Origin: Paracoccus sp. (in: a-proteobacteria)
GTDB taxonomy: Bacteria; Pseudomonadota; Alphaproteobacteria; Rhodobacterales; Rhodobacteraceae
Length of the DNA stretch: 64,000 bases
Assembly (NCBI RefSeq): GCF_030538655.1
Contig: NZ_JAUNTO010000009.1
Location: 12,487-76,486, forward strand
Direction: 5' to 3'
Shown here: piece by piece, positions 30,256 to 38,235 of the stretch
How the letters are laid out: every line of letters starts with the position of its first letter
How positions within the stretch are numbered: position 1 is the stretch's first letter
Notes under the pieces: generated by a model
The model's input: only the letters and a program-made list of their open reading frames with translations
What the model was told of the DNA's origin: nothing
Database searches by the model: none
Made by a program: the position numbers and the translations under genes

Positions 30256-30441
30256 CTTGATTACCCTCGGCCTGATGGCGATCCGATACAGTTAAACCAC
30301 TGGTGGTGCAAGGCACGGGCGCATAAGGCACCCGCTGAAACCCGCCCCCGCCCCCGCCTCTGCGTGATGCGCAAAAGCCAACGTCGGTTCACCCCCATAT
30401 GCATCAGATACCGCGACATGCGACCACCCTCAGGCCGCAGC

Positions 30442-30492
30442 GCCCTGTCTTTCGTTTATAAATATCCCGGGGGTGCGGGGGCTGGCCCCCGC
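30442..30492 (-). repeat. Palindromic repeat family, copy 3
   Basis: On the minus strand: GCGGGGGCCAGCCCCCGC hairpin, then ACCCCCGGGATATTTATAAACGAAAGACAGGGC. About 95% identical to copy 6. Lies between the dinB stop and the glycan-operon start. Confidence 0.7.
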
Positions 30493-30509
30493 TTTTCAGG
30501 CGTGGCATG

Positions 30510-31619
30510 TCAGTCGAACAGGTCCAGTTGGTCATCTGGTTCCGGCACCCGAAGATGCTCAAACCCCGATAATGTAACGCCCAGCAGGCGCACCCCCTGC
30601 GGCCCCGGCAGGGCGGCGTGGATCAGCTCGCTGGTGATGTGCTGCATCTCGCCTGCGCTGACAAGGGGGCGGGGCAGGCTGCGGGCGCGGGTGATCTGGT
30701 GGAAATCCGCAAACCTGATCTTGACCGTCACGGTGCGGGCGTGCAGCCCGGCGTGGGCGGCCTGATCCCAGACCTTTCGCACCAAAGGCATCAGCGCGGC
30801 CAGGGCCGCCTCGCTGCCGTGAATATCTTCGGCAAAGGTGGTCTCGGAACCCAGCGATTTGCGGATGCGGTCGGGGCGCACCTGCCGGTGATCCACCCCG
30901 CGTGCGATGTCATAGTAATATCGCCCCGCCTTGCCGAAATGTATGGTCAGAAAGGCGGCACCCTGCGCGCGCAGATCGGCGCCGGTGCGAATCCCCAGTC
31001 GCTCCATTTTGGCCGCCGTCGCGGGGCCGATGCCGTGGAACCGGCCCACCGGCAGGCCCAGAACGAATTCTGGCCCCTCGGAGGGGGTGATGACGCACAA
31101 CCCGTCGGGCTTGTTGCGATCCGAGGCCAGCTTGGCCAGAAACTTGTTATAGCTGACCCCGGCACTGGCGGTCAGGCTGGTTTCCGCACGGATCAGGGCG
31201 CGGATATCGCGCGCAATCGCGGTGGCGCTGCTGCCGGGGGGCAGGTGATCGGTGACGTCCAGATAGGCCTCGTCCAGCGACAGCGGCTCGATCAGCGGGG
31301 TAAAGCGCGCGAAAATCGCCCGGATTTGCTGGCTGATGGCGCGGTAAACCTCGAATCGGGGGCGCACAAAGATCAGGTCCGGGCAGCGCCGCAGCGCCGT
31401 GACCGAGGGCATGGCCGAACGCACCCCAAAGGTCCGCGCCTCATAGCTGGCGGCGGCGACCACGCCGCGGCGGCTGGCCCCGCCCACGGCGACCGGACGA
31501 CCGCGCAGATCAGGGTTATCGCGCTGTTCAACCGAGGCATAAAACGCATCCATGTCGATATGGATGATCTTGCGGATGCGCTCCGCCGGGCTGGCCGGAT
31601 TGTCCGGCCCCGCCGTCAT
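30510..31619 (-). CDS. dinB: DNA polymerase IV
   Basis: KIIHIDMDAFYASVEQRDNP. The track ORF extends further upstream, but that extension overlaps ygfZ. The start at 31619 overlaps the ygfZ stop (ATGA). Confidence 0.8.
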   Translation of the reverse strand: MTAGPDNPASPAERIRKIIHIDMDAFYASVEQRDNPDLRGRPVAVGGASRRGVVAAASYEARTFGVRSAMPSVTALRRCPDLIFVRPRFEVYRAISQQIRAIFARFTPLIEPLSLDEAYLDVTDHLPPGSSATAIARDIRALIRAETSLTASAGVSYNKFLAKLASDRNKPDGLCVITPSEGPEFVLGLPVGRFHGIGPATAAKMERLGIRTGADLRAQGAAFLTIHFGKAGRYYYDIARGVDHRQVRPDRIRKSLGSETTFAEDIHGSEAALAALMPLVRKVWDQAAHAGLHARTVTVKIRFADFHQITRARSLPRPLVSAGEMQHITSELIHAALPGPQGVRLLGVTLSGFEHLRVPEPDDQLDLFD

Positions 31620-32338
31620 GCCGCGGCATAGATGCGCGCGTTGCCCGCTGACATGCCTGTGCCCATCTTGTCCAGCCGCATCAGAGCGATGGCGCGGGTG
31701 CCGCTTTGGGTGAACAGGGTGCCGATCTCGCGCCCGTCGCGCATCACCGGGGTGCCGACCGGGGCCGCGCCGTCGATGCGCACCGGCACCAGACCCCGGC
31801 GCAGTTCGGTCTTGTGCTTCATCCGGGCCGTGACCTCTTGCCCGACGTAACAGCCCTTGCGGAAATCGACGCCGTGCAGCCGCTCGAACCCGACTTCCAG
31901 GATATAGGTTTCGTTCGGGATCAGTTCGACCAGCGTTTCGGGGATGCAATGCGCCACGCGCAGCGCGTCCCAATTGGTGCCGTCGCTGCCGCTGCTGCCA
32001 TATTTCCGCCAGCCCAGACCGTAATGGCGCGGGTCCGGGATGGCACCTTCGGGAATATGGCCGCTGCCGATACCGACGGTCAGGTCGGTCATGGTGATCT
32101 CGGCATTGCTGCGCAGCCGATACATGGTCAGCCGCCGCAGCAGATCACCGGCCAGCCGCGCATCGACGTCGATCAGCAGGTTGTCGTCATCGGGGATAAT
32201 CAGGAAATCGGCCAGATACTTGCCCTGCGGTGACAGCAAGGCGGCCCAGCAGGGCGCATGGCGCACGTCATTCGTGACCAGACCTTGCAGGAACGTTTCC
32301 CGATCAGGGCCTGAGACACGGATAATCTTGCGCGACAT
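31616..32338 (-). CDS. ygfZ: Folate-binding Fe-S cluster repair protein YgfZ
   Basis: KGCYVGQE signature motif. Confidence 0.7.
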   Translation of the reverse strand: MSRKIIRVSGPDRETFLQGLVTNDVRHAPCWAALLSPQGKYLADFLIIPDDDNLLIDVDARLAGDLLRRLTMYRLRSNAEITMTDLTVGIGSGHIPEGAIPDPRHYGLGWRKYGSSGSDGTNWDALRVAHCIPETLVELIPNETYILEVGFERLHGVDFRKGCYVGQEVTARMKHKTELRRGLVPVRIDGAAPVGTPVMRDGREIGTLFTQSGTRAIALMRLDKMGTGMSAGNARIYAAA

Positions 32339-32344
32339 GTTGTC

Positions 32345-34087
32345 TTATTCCTCTCCAAACTGAAGGGCGACCAAACGGGCATAGGCCCCGCCCTGTGCCA
32401 TCAGGTCGTCATGGCTGCCCTGTTCGACAACCTGACCATTGGCAATAACGATGATTTTGTCGGCTTTTCGGATCGTGGACAAGCGGTGTGCGATCACCAG
32501 AGTGGTGCGACCTTGCGCCAATTCGTCCAGCGCCTGCTGCACCAACCGCTCGCTGGCGGTGTCCAGCGCGCTGGTCGCCTCGTCCAGCAGCAAAATGGGG
32601 GCGTTGCGCAGCACGGCGCGGGCGATGGCGATGCGCTGACGCTGCCCCCCCGACAGGTTCGAGCCGCGCGGCCCCGCCGGGCTGTCCAGCCCCTGCGGCA
32701 AAAGATCGGTGAATTCTGCCACATGCGCCGCCTGCACCGCCCGATCCAGTTCCGCCGCATCGGCGCCGGGGCGGCCCATCAGGATATTTTCGCGCAATGA
32801 ATCATCAAACAGCGCCGGTTCCTGCGCCACGGTGGAAAACTGATCGCGCAGGGTGCCCAGATCGAAATCGCGCACCGGCACATCCCCCAGCGTGACCTGC
32901 CCCCGTTCGGGGTCGATCATCCGCGTGACCAGATTGAACACGGTTGATTTACCCGCGCCGGACGGCCCGACCAGGGCAGTGGTCTGCCCGGCCTCGGCGG
33001 TGAATGTCAGCCCGCGCAGCACCGGGGTGCCGTCATAGGACAGCCACACGTCATCCAGCCGCAGCGTGGTATCGGCGGGGGCGTCGTGGCGCGGGCCGGA
33101 ATGCACGGTCGGGCGGGTGTCGAACACCTGATAGATCCGTTCCAGCGAGGCGGCGGCGATCTGCCAGCTGCCCGCCAGCATCCCCAGCCGCCGCAGCGGC
33201 TGAAAGGCCAGCGACAGGGCGGTGAAAAAGGCCATGAACTCGCCCACGGTGCGTTCGCCGCGCGTCACCTCGGCCCCGCCAAGCGCCAGCACGCCGACAA
33301 AGCCAAGCCCGGTCACGATGTCGATCATCGCCGGGATGGTGGCGCCGGTGGCGGACATCTTGATTTCATAGCGGCGGATACGATTGACGATGGCGGCATA
33401 GCGGCTGGTCTGTTCGGCCTCCATCCGGTTCAGGCGGATGGTGCGGATGCCGTGCATCACCTCGTCCAGACGGGTGGCGCGGGCGCTGGCCTGCGCGCGG
33501 CTGTCGCGCATCTTGCGGCGGATATAACGCTGCACCAGAACGGTGGGCAGGATCAGCAGCGGTGCGCCCACCAGCGCCGCCAGCGTCCACCACGGGTCAA
33601 TGGCGATGGCCACCCCGAACAGCGACAGCAGCGCCACCACATCGCGCCCGGCCCCGGTTATCAGCGTGGACCAGATGCCCTGCACCGCGATGGTGTCGCC
33701 CTGCACCCGCTCGATTACCGCGCCGGGCGGGTTTTCCTGGAAGAAGCGTTGGTCCAGCGTCAGGATGTGGCGCAGAAGGTCGGTCTGCATCCGCGTGGAC
33801 ACCGCCATCGACACGCGCGTTATCAGCGATTTGTTGATGACCAGCGTTATGGCGCGGATCACGAACAGGCTGAAGATGATGCCGCCGACCCACCAGATCG
33901 CCCCGGTGTCACCGCCGACGAACACCCGGTCGAACAGCGGTTGCAGCATCCATGACAGGACCGCCAGCGTCGATCCTTCGATGGTCATAAAGAGGAAGGC
34001 CACGGCCATGGTGGGCCAGTGGCCGCGCAGGTAATCGCGCCACATGCGTCTGAACAGGTTCTGGCGCGGGATCTGGTTCTGGCTCAT
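32345..34087 (-). CDS. ABC transporter, fused permease/ATPase (MsbA-like exporter)
   Basis: Six-TM domain followed by Walker A GPSGAGKST, the LSGGQRQR signature and Walker B LLLDEATS. Confidence 0.75.
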   Translation of the reverse strand: MSQNQIPRQNLFRRMWRDYLRGHWPTMAVAFLFMTIEGSTLAVLSWMLQPLFDRVFVGGDTGAIWWVGGIIFSLFVIRAITLVINKSLITRVSMAVSTRMQTDLLRHILTLDQRFFQENPPGAVIERVQGDTIAVQGIWSTLITGAGRDVVALLSLFGVAIAIDPWWTLAALVGAPLLILPTVLVQRYIRRKMRDSRAQASARATRLDEVMHGIRTIRLNRMEAEQTSRYAAIVNRIRRYEIKMSATGATIPAMIDIVTGLGFVGVLALGGAEVTRGERTVGEFMAFFTALSLAFQPLRRLGMLAGSWQIAAASLERIYQVFDTRPTVHSGPRHDAPADTTLRLDDVWLSYDGTPVLRGLTFTAEAGQTTALVGPSGAGKSTVFNLVTRMIDPERGQVTLGDVPVRDFDLGTLRDQFSTVAQEPALFDDSLRENILMGRPGADAAELDRAVQAAHVAEFTDLLPQGLDSPAGPRGSNLSGGQRQRIAIARAVLRNAPILLLDEATSALDTASERLVQQALDELAQGRTTLVIAHRLSTIRKADKIIVIANGQVVEQGSHDDLMAQGGAYARLVALQFGEE

Positions 34088-34133
34088 GCTACTGTCCTTG
34101 CCCGAAAAATTGCCAGCCTTGCAAGGGGTGGCG

Positions 34134-34177
34134 AGGGAGTCAGCCTCCGGCGGGGATATTTATCGGACAGAAGATGC
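34134..34177 (+). repeat. Palindromic repeat family, copy 4 (short hairpin GGAGTCAGCCTCC, then CGGGGATATTTATCGGACAGAAGATGC)
   Basis: Lies between the divergent starts of the ABC exporter and the aminotransferase. Confidence 0.55.
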
Positions 34178-34237
34178 GGGCGTCTTGACCTTGGATTGCG
34201 GTGGCGGGATGACGGAGCGTGTTATCAGGAGACCGCC

Positions 34238-35404
34238 ATGAGCCTTGCCGGAAGCCGCCCGATTGTTGCCATCCCCGGACCCTCGCCCGTGCCCGACCGG
34301 GTGCTGCGCGCGATGCACCGGGTTTCGCCCGACATCTATGGCGAGGATCTGGCGTCGGCGAATGCGGCATTGATGGACGGGCTGCGCTGGCTGGCAGGAA
34401 CCCGCGGCAAGGTGGCGGCCTTTATCGGCAATGGTCATGCCGCGTGGGAGGCGGCCTCGGCCAATCTGTTGTCGCCTGGCGATGCGGTTCTGGTGCTGGT
34501 GTCGGGCCGTTTTGGCGAGGGCTGGGCCGAATTGCTGCGGGCGCAGGGGATCGCGGTCGAGGTGATGGATTGCGAAGCCGATGCGCCCGATCCGTCGCGG
34601 CTGGCGGCACGGCTGGCAGAGGACCGCGCGCGGGCGATCCGTGCGGTGTGCGTCTGTCAGATCGACACGGCCAGTTCGGTGCAGGCCGATATTGCCGCGC
34701 TGCGACAGGCGATGGGCGATCATCCGGCGCTGTTGATGGTGGATGCTATTGCATCCTTGGGCTGTGCGCCGATGCGGATGGATGACTGGGGTGTGGATGT
34801 CTTGCTGGCCGCCAGCCAAAAGGGGCTGATGTGCCCGCCCGGCTGTTGTTTTCTGTGGCTGTCGGATCGTGCGGCGGCGATGCCCGCGACGCCGCTGACC
34901 TCGCCCTGGTGGGATATGCGGCCGCGTCTGAGGGCCGATCAGCTGTGGCAGTTCTGGGGTGGCACCCCGCCGGTGCAGCATATCTTTGGCCTGACCGAAG
35001 CCCTTGCGATCATGCGCGAGGAGGGGTTGGAGCAGGTCTGGGCGCGGCACCGGGCGCTGGCCGATTGTGTGGCGGCGGCCTTTGAATGCTGGGCGGCGGG
35101 CGGCGACATTGCGCTGAGCGTGGTGCGACCGCAGGCGCGGGCAGCCTCGGTGACGGCGGTGCGGCTGGCGGGGGCGGATGCGCTGCGCGGCTGGCTGGAG
35201 CTGCGGGCCGGGTTGACGCTGGGCATCGGTCTGGGCGCGGCAGACCCGGCCAATGCGCTGCGCGTGGCGCATATGGGCGATGCCGGGGCGGTGCAGGTGC
35301 TGGGTGTGCTGGCGGCGATGCAGGCCGGGATGGCGGCTTTGGGCATCGCGCATGGGCCGGGGGCGCTGGATGCGGCAGCGGCGGTGGTGGCGGTGCGGGC
35401 CTGA
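34238..35404 (+). CDS. Class V aminotransferase (serine/alanine-glyoxylate aminotransferase family)
   Basis: AGT-like fold (PGPSPVPDRVL...SQKGLMCPPG). RBS CAGGAGACC before the ATG at 34238. Confidence 0.7.
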   Translation: MSLAGSRPIVAIPGPSPVPDRVLRAMHRVSPDIYGEDLASANAALMDGLRWLAGTRGKVAAFIGNGHAAWEAASANLLSPGDAVLVLVSGRFGEGWAELLRAQGIAVEVMDCEADAPDPSRLAARLAEDRARAIRAVCVCQIDTASSVQADIAALRQAMGDHPALLMVDAIASLGCAPMRMDDWGVDVLLAASQKGLMCPPGCCFLWLSDRAAAMPATPLTSPWWDMRPRLRADQLWQFWGGTPPVQHIFGLTEALAIMREEGLEQVWARHRALADCVAAAFECWAAGGDIALSVVRPQARAASVTAVRLAGADALRGWLELRAGLTLGIGLGAADPANALRVAHMGDAGAVQVLGVLAAMQAGMAALGIAHGPGALDAAAAVVAVRA

Positions 35405-35423
35405 TCGGCCCGCCGCCGCCGGT

Positions 35424-35786
35424 TTAATGCGCGGCGTGACCGTGATCGGCCAGCCATTGCTGCATCCGGGCGATTTCCTGGGTTTGCGCCGTGATGACGT
35501 TTTCCGCCAGCGCCCGGATTTCCGGGTTCTGGCCATATTCCTGCACGACGCGCGCCATGTCGATGGCGCCCTGATGATGCGGGATCATGCCGCGCAGGAA
35601 ATCGGCGTCGGCATCGCCGGTATAGTCGATCATCATATCCTGATGCATCGTCTCGTTTGCGGCCATATAGGCGGCGGTCGAGGGCGCGGCATCGGCGGGG
35701 CCGGGCCGATGGGCAGAATGGTTGGTTTGCGCAAAGGCCGGCAGGGCCAGCATTATCGCAACAGCGGCAAGCAGGGGGCGGGTCAT
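35424..35786 (-). CDS. DUF305 family periplasmic protein
   Basis: Signal peptide and the [16 protein letters not shown] motif. Confidence 0.55.
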   Translation of the reverse strand: MTRPLLAAVAIMLALPAFAQTNHSAHRPGPADAAPSTAAYMAANETMHQDMMIDYTGDADADFLRGMIPHHQGAIDMARVVQEYGQNPEIRALAENVITAQTQEIARMQQWLADHGHAAH

Positions 35787-35839
35787 CGGCGGCTCTTTTG
35801 GGTTTGCTCAGTGTGCGGCTGTGTGGGGCCGGGGGCAAA

Positions 35840-36406
35840 TCACGCTGTTGGCATCACCAGCAGCGTGACCAGCGTGTCGCCATAGCGGCGCTGGTCGATC
35901 CGGGTCAGCGGTGCGGGCGGGGCAGGGGGACGGCTTTCTTCCCAGACGATGGTTGCGCCGGGGGCGATCCAGCCACCATCCAGCGCCGATTGCAGCGCGG
36001 CTTCGCCCAAGGTTCTGCCATAGGGCGGGTCGAGGAAGATCAGATCGTAAGGCGCGCCCCGGTTCGGGCCAAGCCGGGTGGCGTCGCGCCGCCACAGGTC
36101 AGTGGTGCCCATGGCGCGGGCGCGTTCGATATTGGCGCGGATCAGGGCGCGGCCTGCGGCCCCGTCCTCGACAAAGGCTGCGCGGATAGCGCCTCGGGAC
36201 AGGGCCTCTAACCCCAAGGCACCGGTGCCTGCGAACAGATCCAGCACCCGCGCGCCCGGCACCGGGTCGGGGCGTGGGCTGTTGGTCAGCAGGTTGAAGA
36301 TCGACTCGCGCACGCGGTCGGTGGTGGGGCGCAGATGCCCCGCCGCATCGCCCGCGCCGACCTCGGCCAGTTTCAGGCCGCGCAGATTGCCGCCGACGAT
36401 CCTCAT
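35840..36406 (-). CDS. rsmD: 16S rRNA (guanine966-N2)-methyltransferase
   Basis: RsmD family (RPTTDRVRESIFNLL...DPPY). Confidence 0.7.
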   Translation of the reverse strand: MRIVGGNLRGLKLAEVGAGDAAGHLRPTTDRVRESIFNLLTNSPRPDPVPGARVLDLFAGTGALGLEALSRGAIRAAFVEDGAAGRALIRANIERARAMGTTDLWRRDATRLGPNRGAPYDLIFLDPPYGRTLGEAALQSALDGGWIAPGATIVWEESRPPAPPAPLTRIDQRRYGDTLVTLLVMPTA

Positions 36407-36421
36407 GGCCGTGCCAAAAGA

Positions 36422-36472
36422 GCGGGGGCCAGCCCCCGCACCCCCGGGATATTTGGAAACGAAAGACAGAGC
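36422..36472 (+). repeat. Palindromic repeat family, copy 6
   Basis: GCGGGGGCCAGCCCCCGC hairpin, then ACCCCCGGGATATTTGGAAACGAAAGACAGAG. Overlaps the stop codon of the minus-strand reductase gene, upstream of rsmD. Confidence 0.7.
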
Positions 36473-36473
36473 A

Positions 36474-37673
36474 TCACATCAGCGCCTTGAGATCGGGGGT
36501 TGTCGGGATCAGGTCGGGGTCGGCGGTGCGCCCTGCCTCGATCAGCCGTTTGCCGATCATATAGGCGCGGGGTTCATTCAGGGCATCGACGGCGATCAAT
36601 TGCGGGCCGCGGAAATACCAGACCGAGCCGTGCCCCGGCTGATCGCCCGCGCGGGTCACGATACGGTCGGCCCCGGTGCCCAGCCCGGCGATTTGCAGTT
36701 TGGCGTCGTATTGATCGGACCAGAACCACGGTTTCGGGGTATAGGGCGTGTCAGCGCCCATGATGTTCGCCGCCACCGCCTCGGCCATGTCGATGGCGTT
36801 GCCGACGCTTTCCAGCCGCATCCAGCCGGTGTCGGTCAGCATGCTGGCGCAATCGCCCGCCGCCCAGATGGCCGGGTCGCTGCTGCGGCCATAGCTGTCG
36901 GTGGCGATGCCGTTGTCCGTGGCCAGACCGGCGGTTTCGGCAAGGTCGGTGACGGGCGTGACGCCGATCCCGGTGACGATCACATCGGCGGGGATCATAT
37001 CGCCGCTGGTCAGCTCCACGCCGGTGGCGCGGTCGGTGCCGGTGATGCGGGTGATCGCCTCGCCCTCGCGGATGGTGGTGCCGTGGCGGCGGTGCAGGTC
37101 GCGGATCAGATCGGCGGTTTCGCTTGCTGCGACGCGGCCAAGGATGCGCGGGGCGGATTCGATCAGCGTGACCGCAAGCCCCAGTTTGCGGGCAACCGCC
37201 GCCGCCTCAAGCCCGATATAGCCGCCGCCGATCACCACCAGCCGCGCGCCGGGCCTTAGCTCGGGGCGCAGCCGGTCCACATCGGACAGATCGCGGATGG
37301 TGTGGACGCCGGGCAGGTGGCCACCGATCCTGGCAGGCAGGCGGCGAGGTCGTGCGCCAAGGCACAGCGCCAGTGCGTCATAAGCGACCGGCCCGGCATC
37401 GGTTGCCACCATGCGGGCGGCGGTGTCGATGGCGGTGGCGCGGGTGCCGGTGCGCAGGTCGATGCCGTTTTCCGCCCACCATTCGGGCGCCCGCAGGGTC
37501 AGCCGGTCCAGCCCCATGTCGCCCAGCAGATAGGCCTTGGACAGCGGCGGGCGCTGATAGGGGGGCGCGGCTTCATCGCCGATCACGGTCAGTGGCCCGT
37601 CGTGCCCCAGCCCCCGCAGCTTTGCCGCCATCGAGGCCGCCGCCTGTCCTGCCCCCGCAATCACGATACGCAT
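36474..37673 (-). CDS. FAD-dependent pyridine nucleotide-disulfide oxidoreductase (ferredoxin/rubredoxin reductase type)
   Basis: IVIAGAGQAA and a second Rossmann motif, VVIGGGYIGLEAA. Confidence 0.65.
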   Translation of the reverse strand: MRIVIAGAGQAAASMAAKLRGLGHDGPLTVIGDEAAPPYQRPPLSKAYLLGDMGLDRLTLRAPEWWAENGIDLRTGTRATAIDTAARMVATDAGPVAYDALALCLGARPRRLPARIGGHLPGVHTIRDLSDVDRLRPELRPGARLVVIGGGYIGLEAAAVARKLGLAVTLIESAPRILGRVAASETADLIRDLHRRHGTTIREGEAITRITGTDRATGVELTSGDMIPADVIVTGIGVTPVTDLAETAGLATDNGIATDSYGRSSDPAIWAAGDCASMLTDTGWMRLESVGNAIDMAEAVAANIMGADTPYTPKPWFWSDQYDAKLQIAGLGTGADRIVTRAGDQPGHGSVWYFRGPQLIAVDALNEPRAYMIGKRLIEAGRTADPDLIPTTPDLKALM

Positions 37674-37749
37674 CTGTGCCCCACTGGTCTGGTCCTGCCC
37701 GGCAGCCTATATTCGCCGCCAAGCCGTTTCAATCGCAGGAGGATGCGCA

Positions 37750-38235
37750 ATGACGATCAAGGCGAATGACAAGCTGCCGCAGGGCAAGGTTCTGGTTCTT
37801 GGCGAGGATGGCCCGAAAGAGGTCGCGCTGGCTGATCTGACCAAGGGCCGCGTGGCGATCTTTGGCCTGCCGGGCGCGTTTACCGGCACCTGCACCAACG
37901 CGCATATGCCCAGCTTTATCCGCACTGCCGATGCGTTCCGCGCCAAGGGCATCGACGCGATCCTGTGCCTGACGGTGAACGACCCCTTCGTGGCCGGCGC
38001 ATGGGCCAGGGAAACCGGCGCGGATGCAGCCGGTATTCAGGTGCTGGCCGATGCCGACGGCAGCGTAACCAAGGCGATGGGTCTGAATTTCGACGCCCCG
38101 CCTGCCGGTCTGTATGGCCGCTGCAAACGCTTTGCCGCACTGGCCCGCGACGGCGTGTTCGAGGTGGTGCAGATCGAAGACAGCCCCGGCACCTGTTCCG
38201 TCTCGGCGGGCGAGGCGTTGCTGGAAAATGCCTAA
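37750..38235 (+). CDS. Peroxiredoxin (Prx5-like)
   Basis: GLPGAFTGTCT peroxidatic Cys motif. Confidence 0.75.
   Translation: MTIKANDKLPQGKVLVLGEDGPKEVALADLTKGRVAIFGLPGAFTGTCTNAHMPSFIRTADAFRAKGIDAILCLTVNDPFVAGAWARETGADAAGIQVLADADGSVTKAMGLNFDAPPAGLYGRCKRFAALARDGVFEVVQIEDSPGTCSVSAGEALLENA

Noticed and set aside
31620-31973. 118-codon N-terminal extension of dinB overlapping ygfZ
   Set aside because: The extension is Arg/Pro-rich and overlaps the YgfZ ORF. The conserved DinB N-terminus (KIIHIDMDAFYA) begins right after the Met at 31619, whose ATG overlaps the ygfZ stop.
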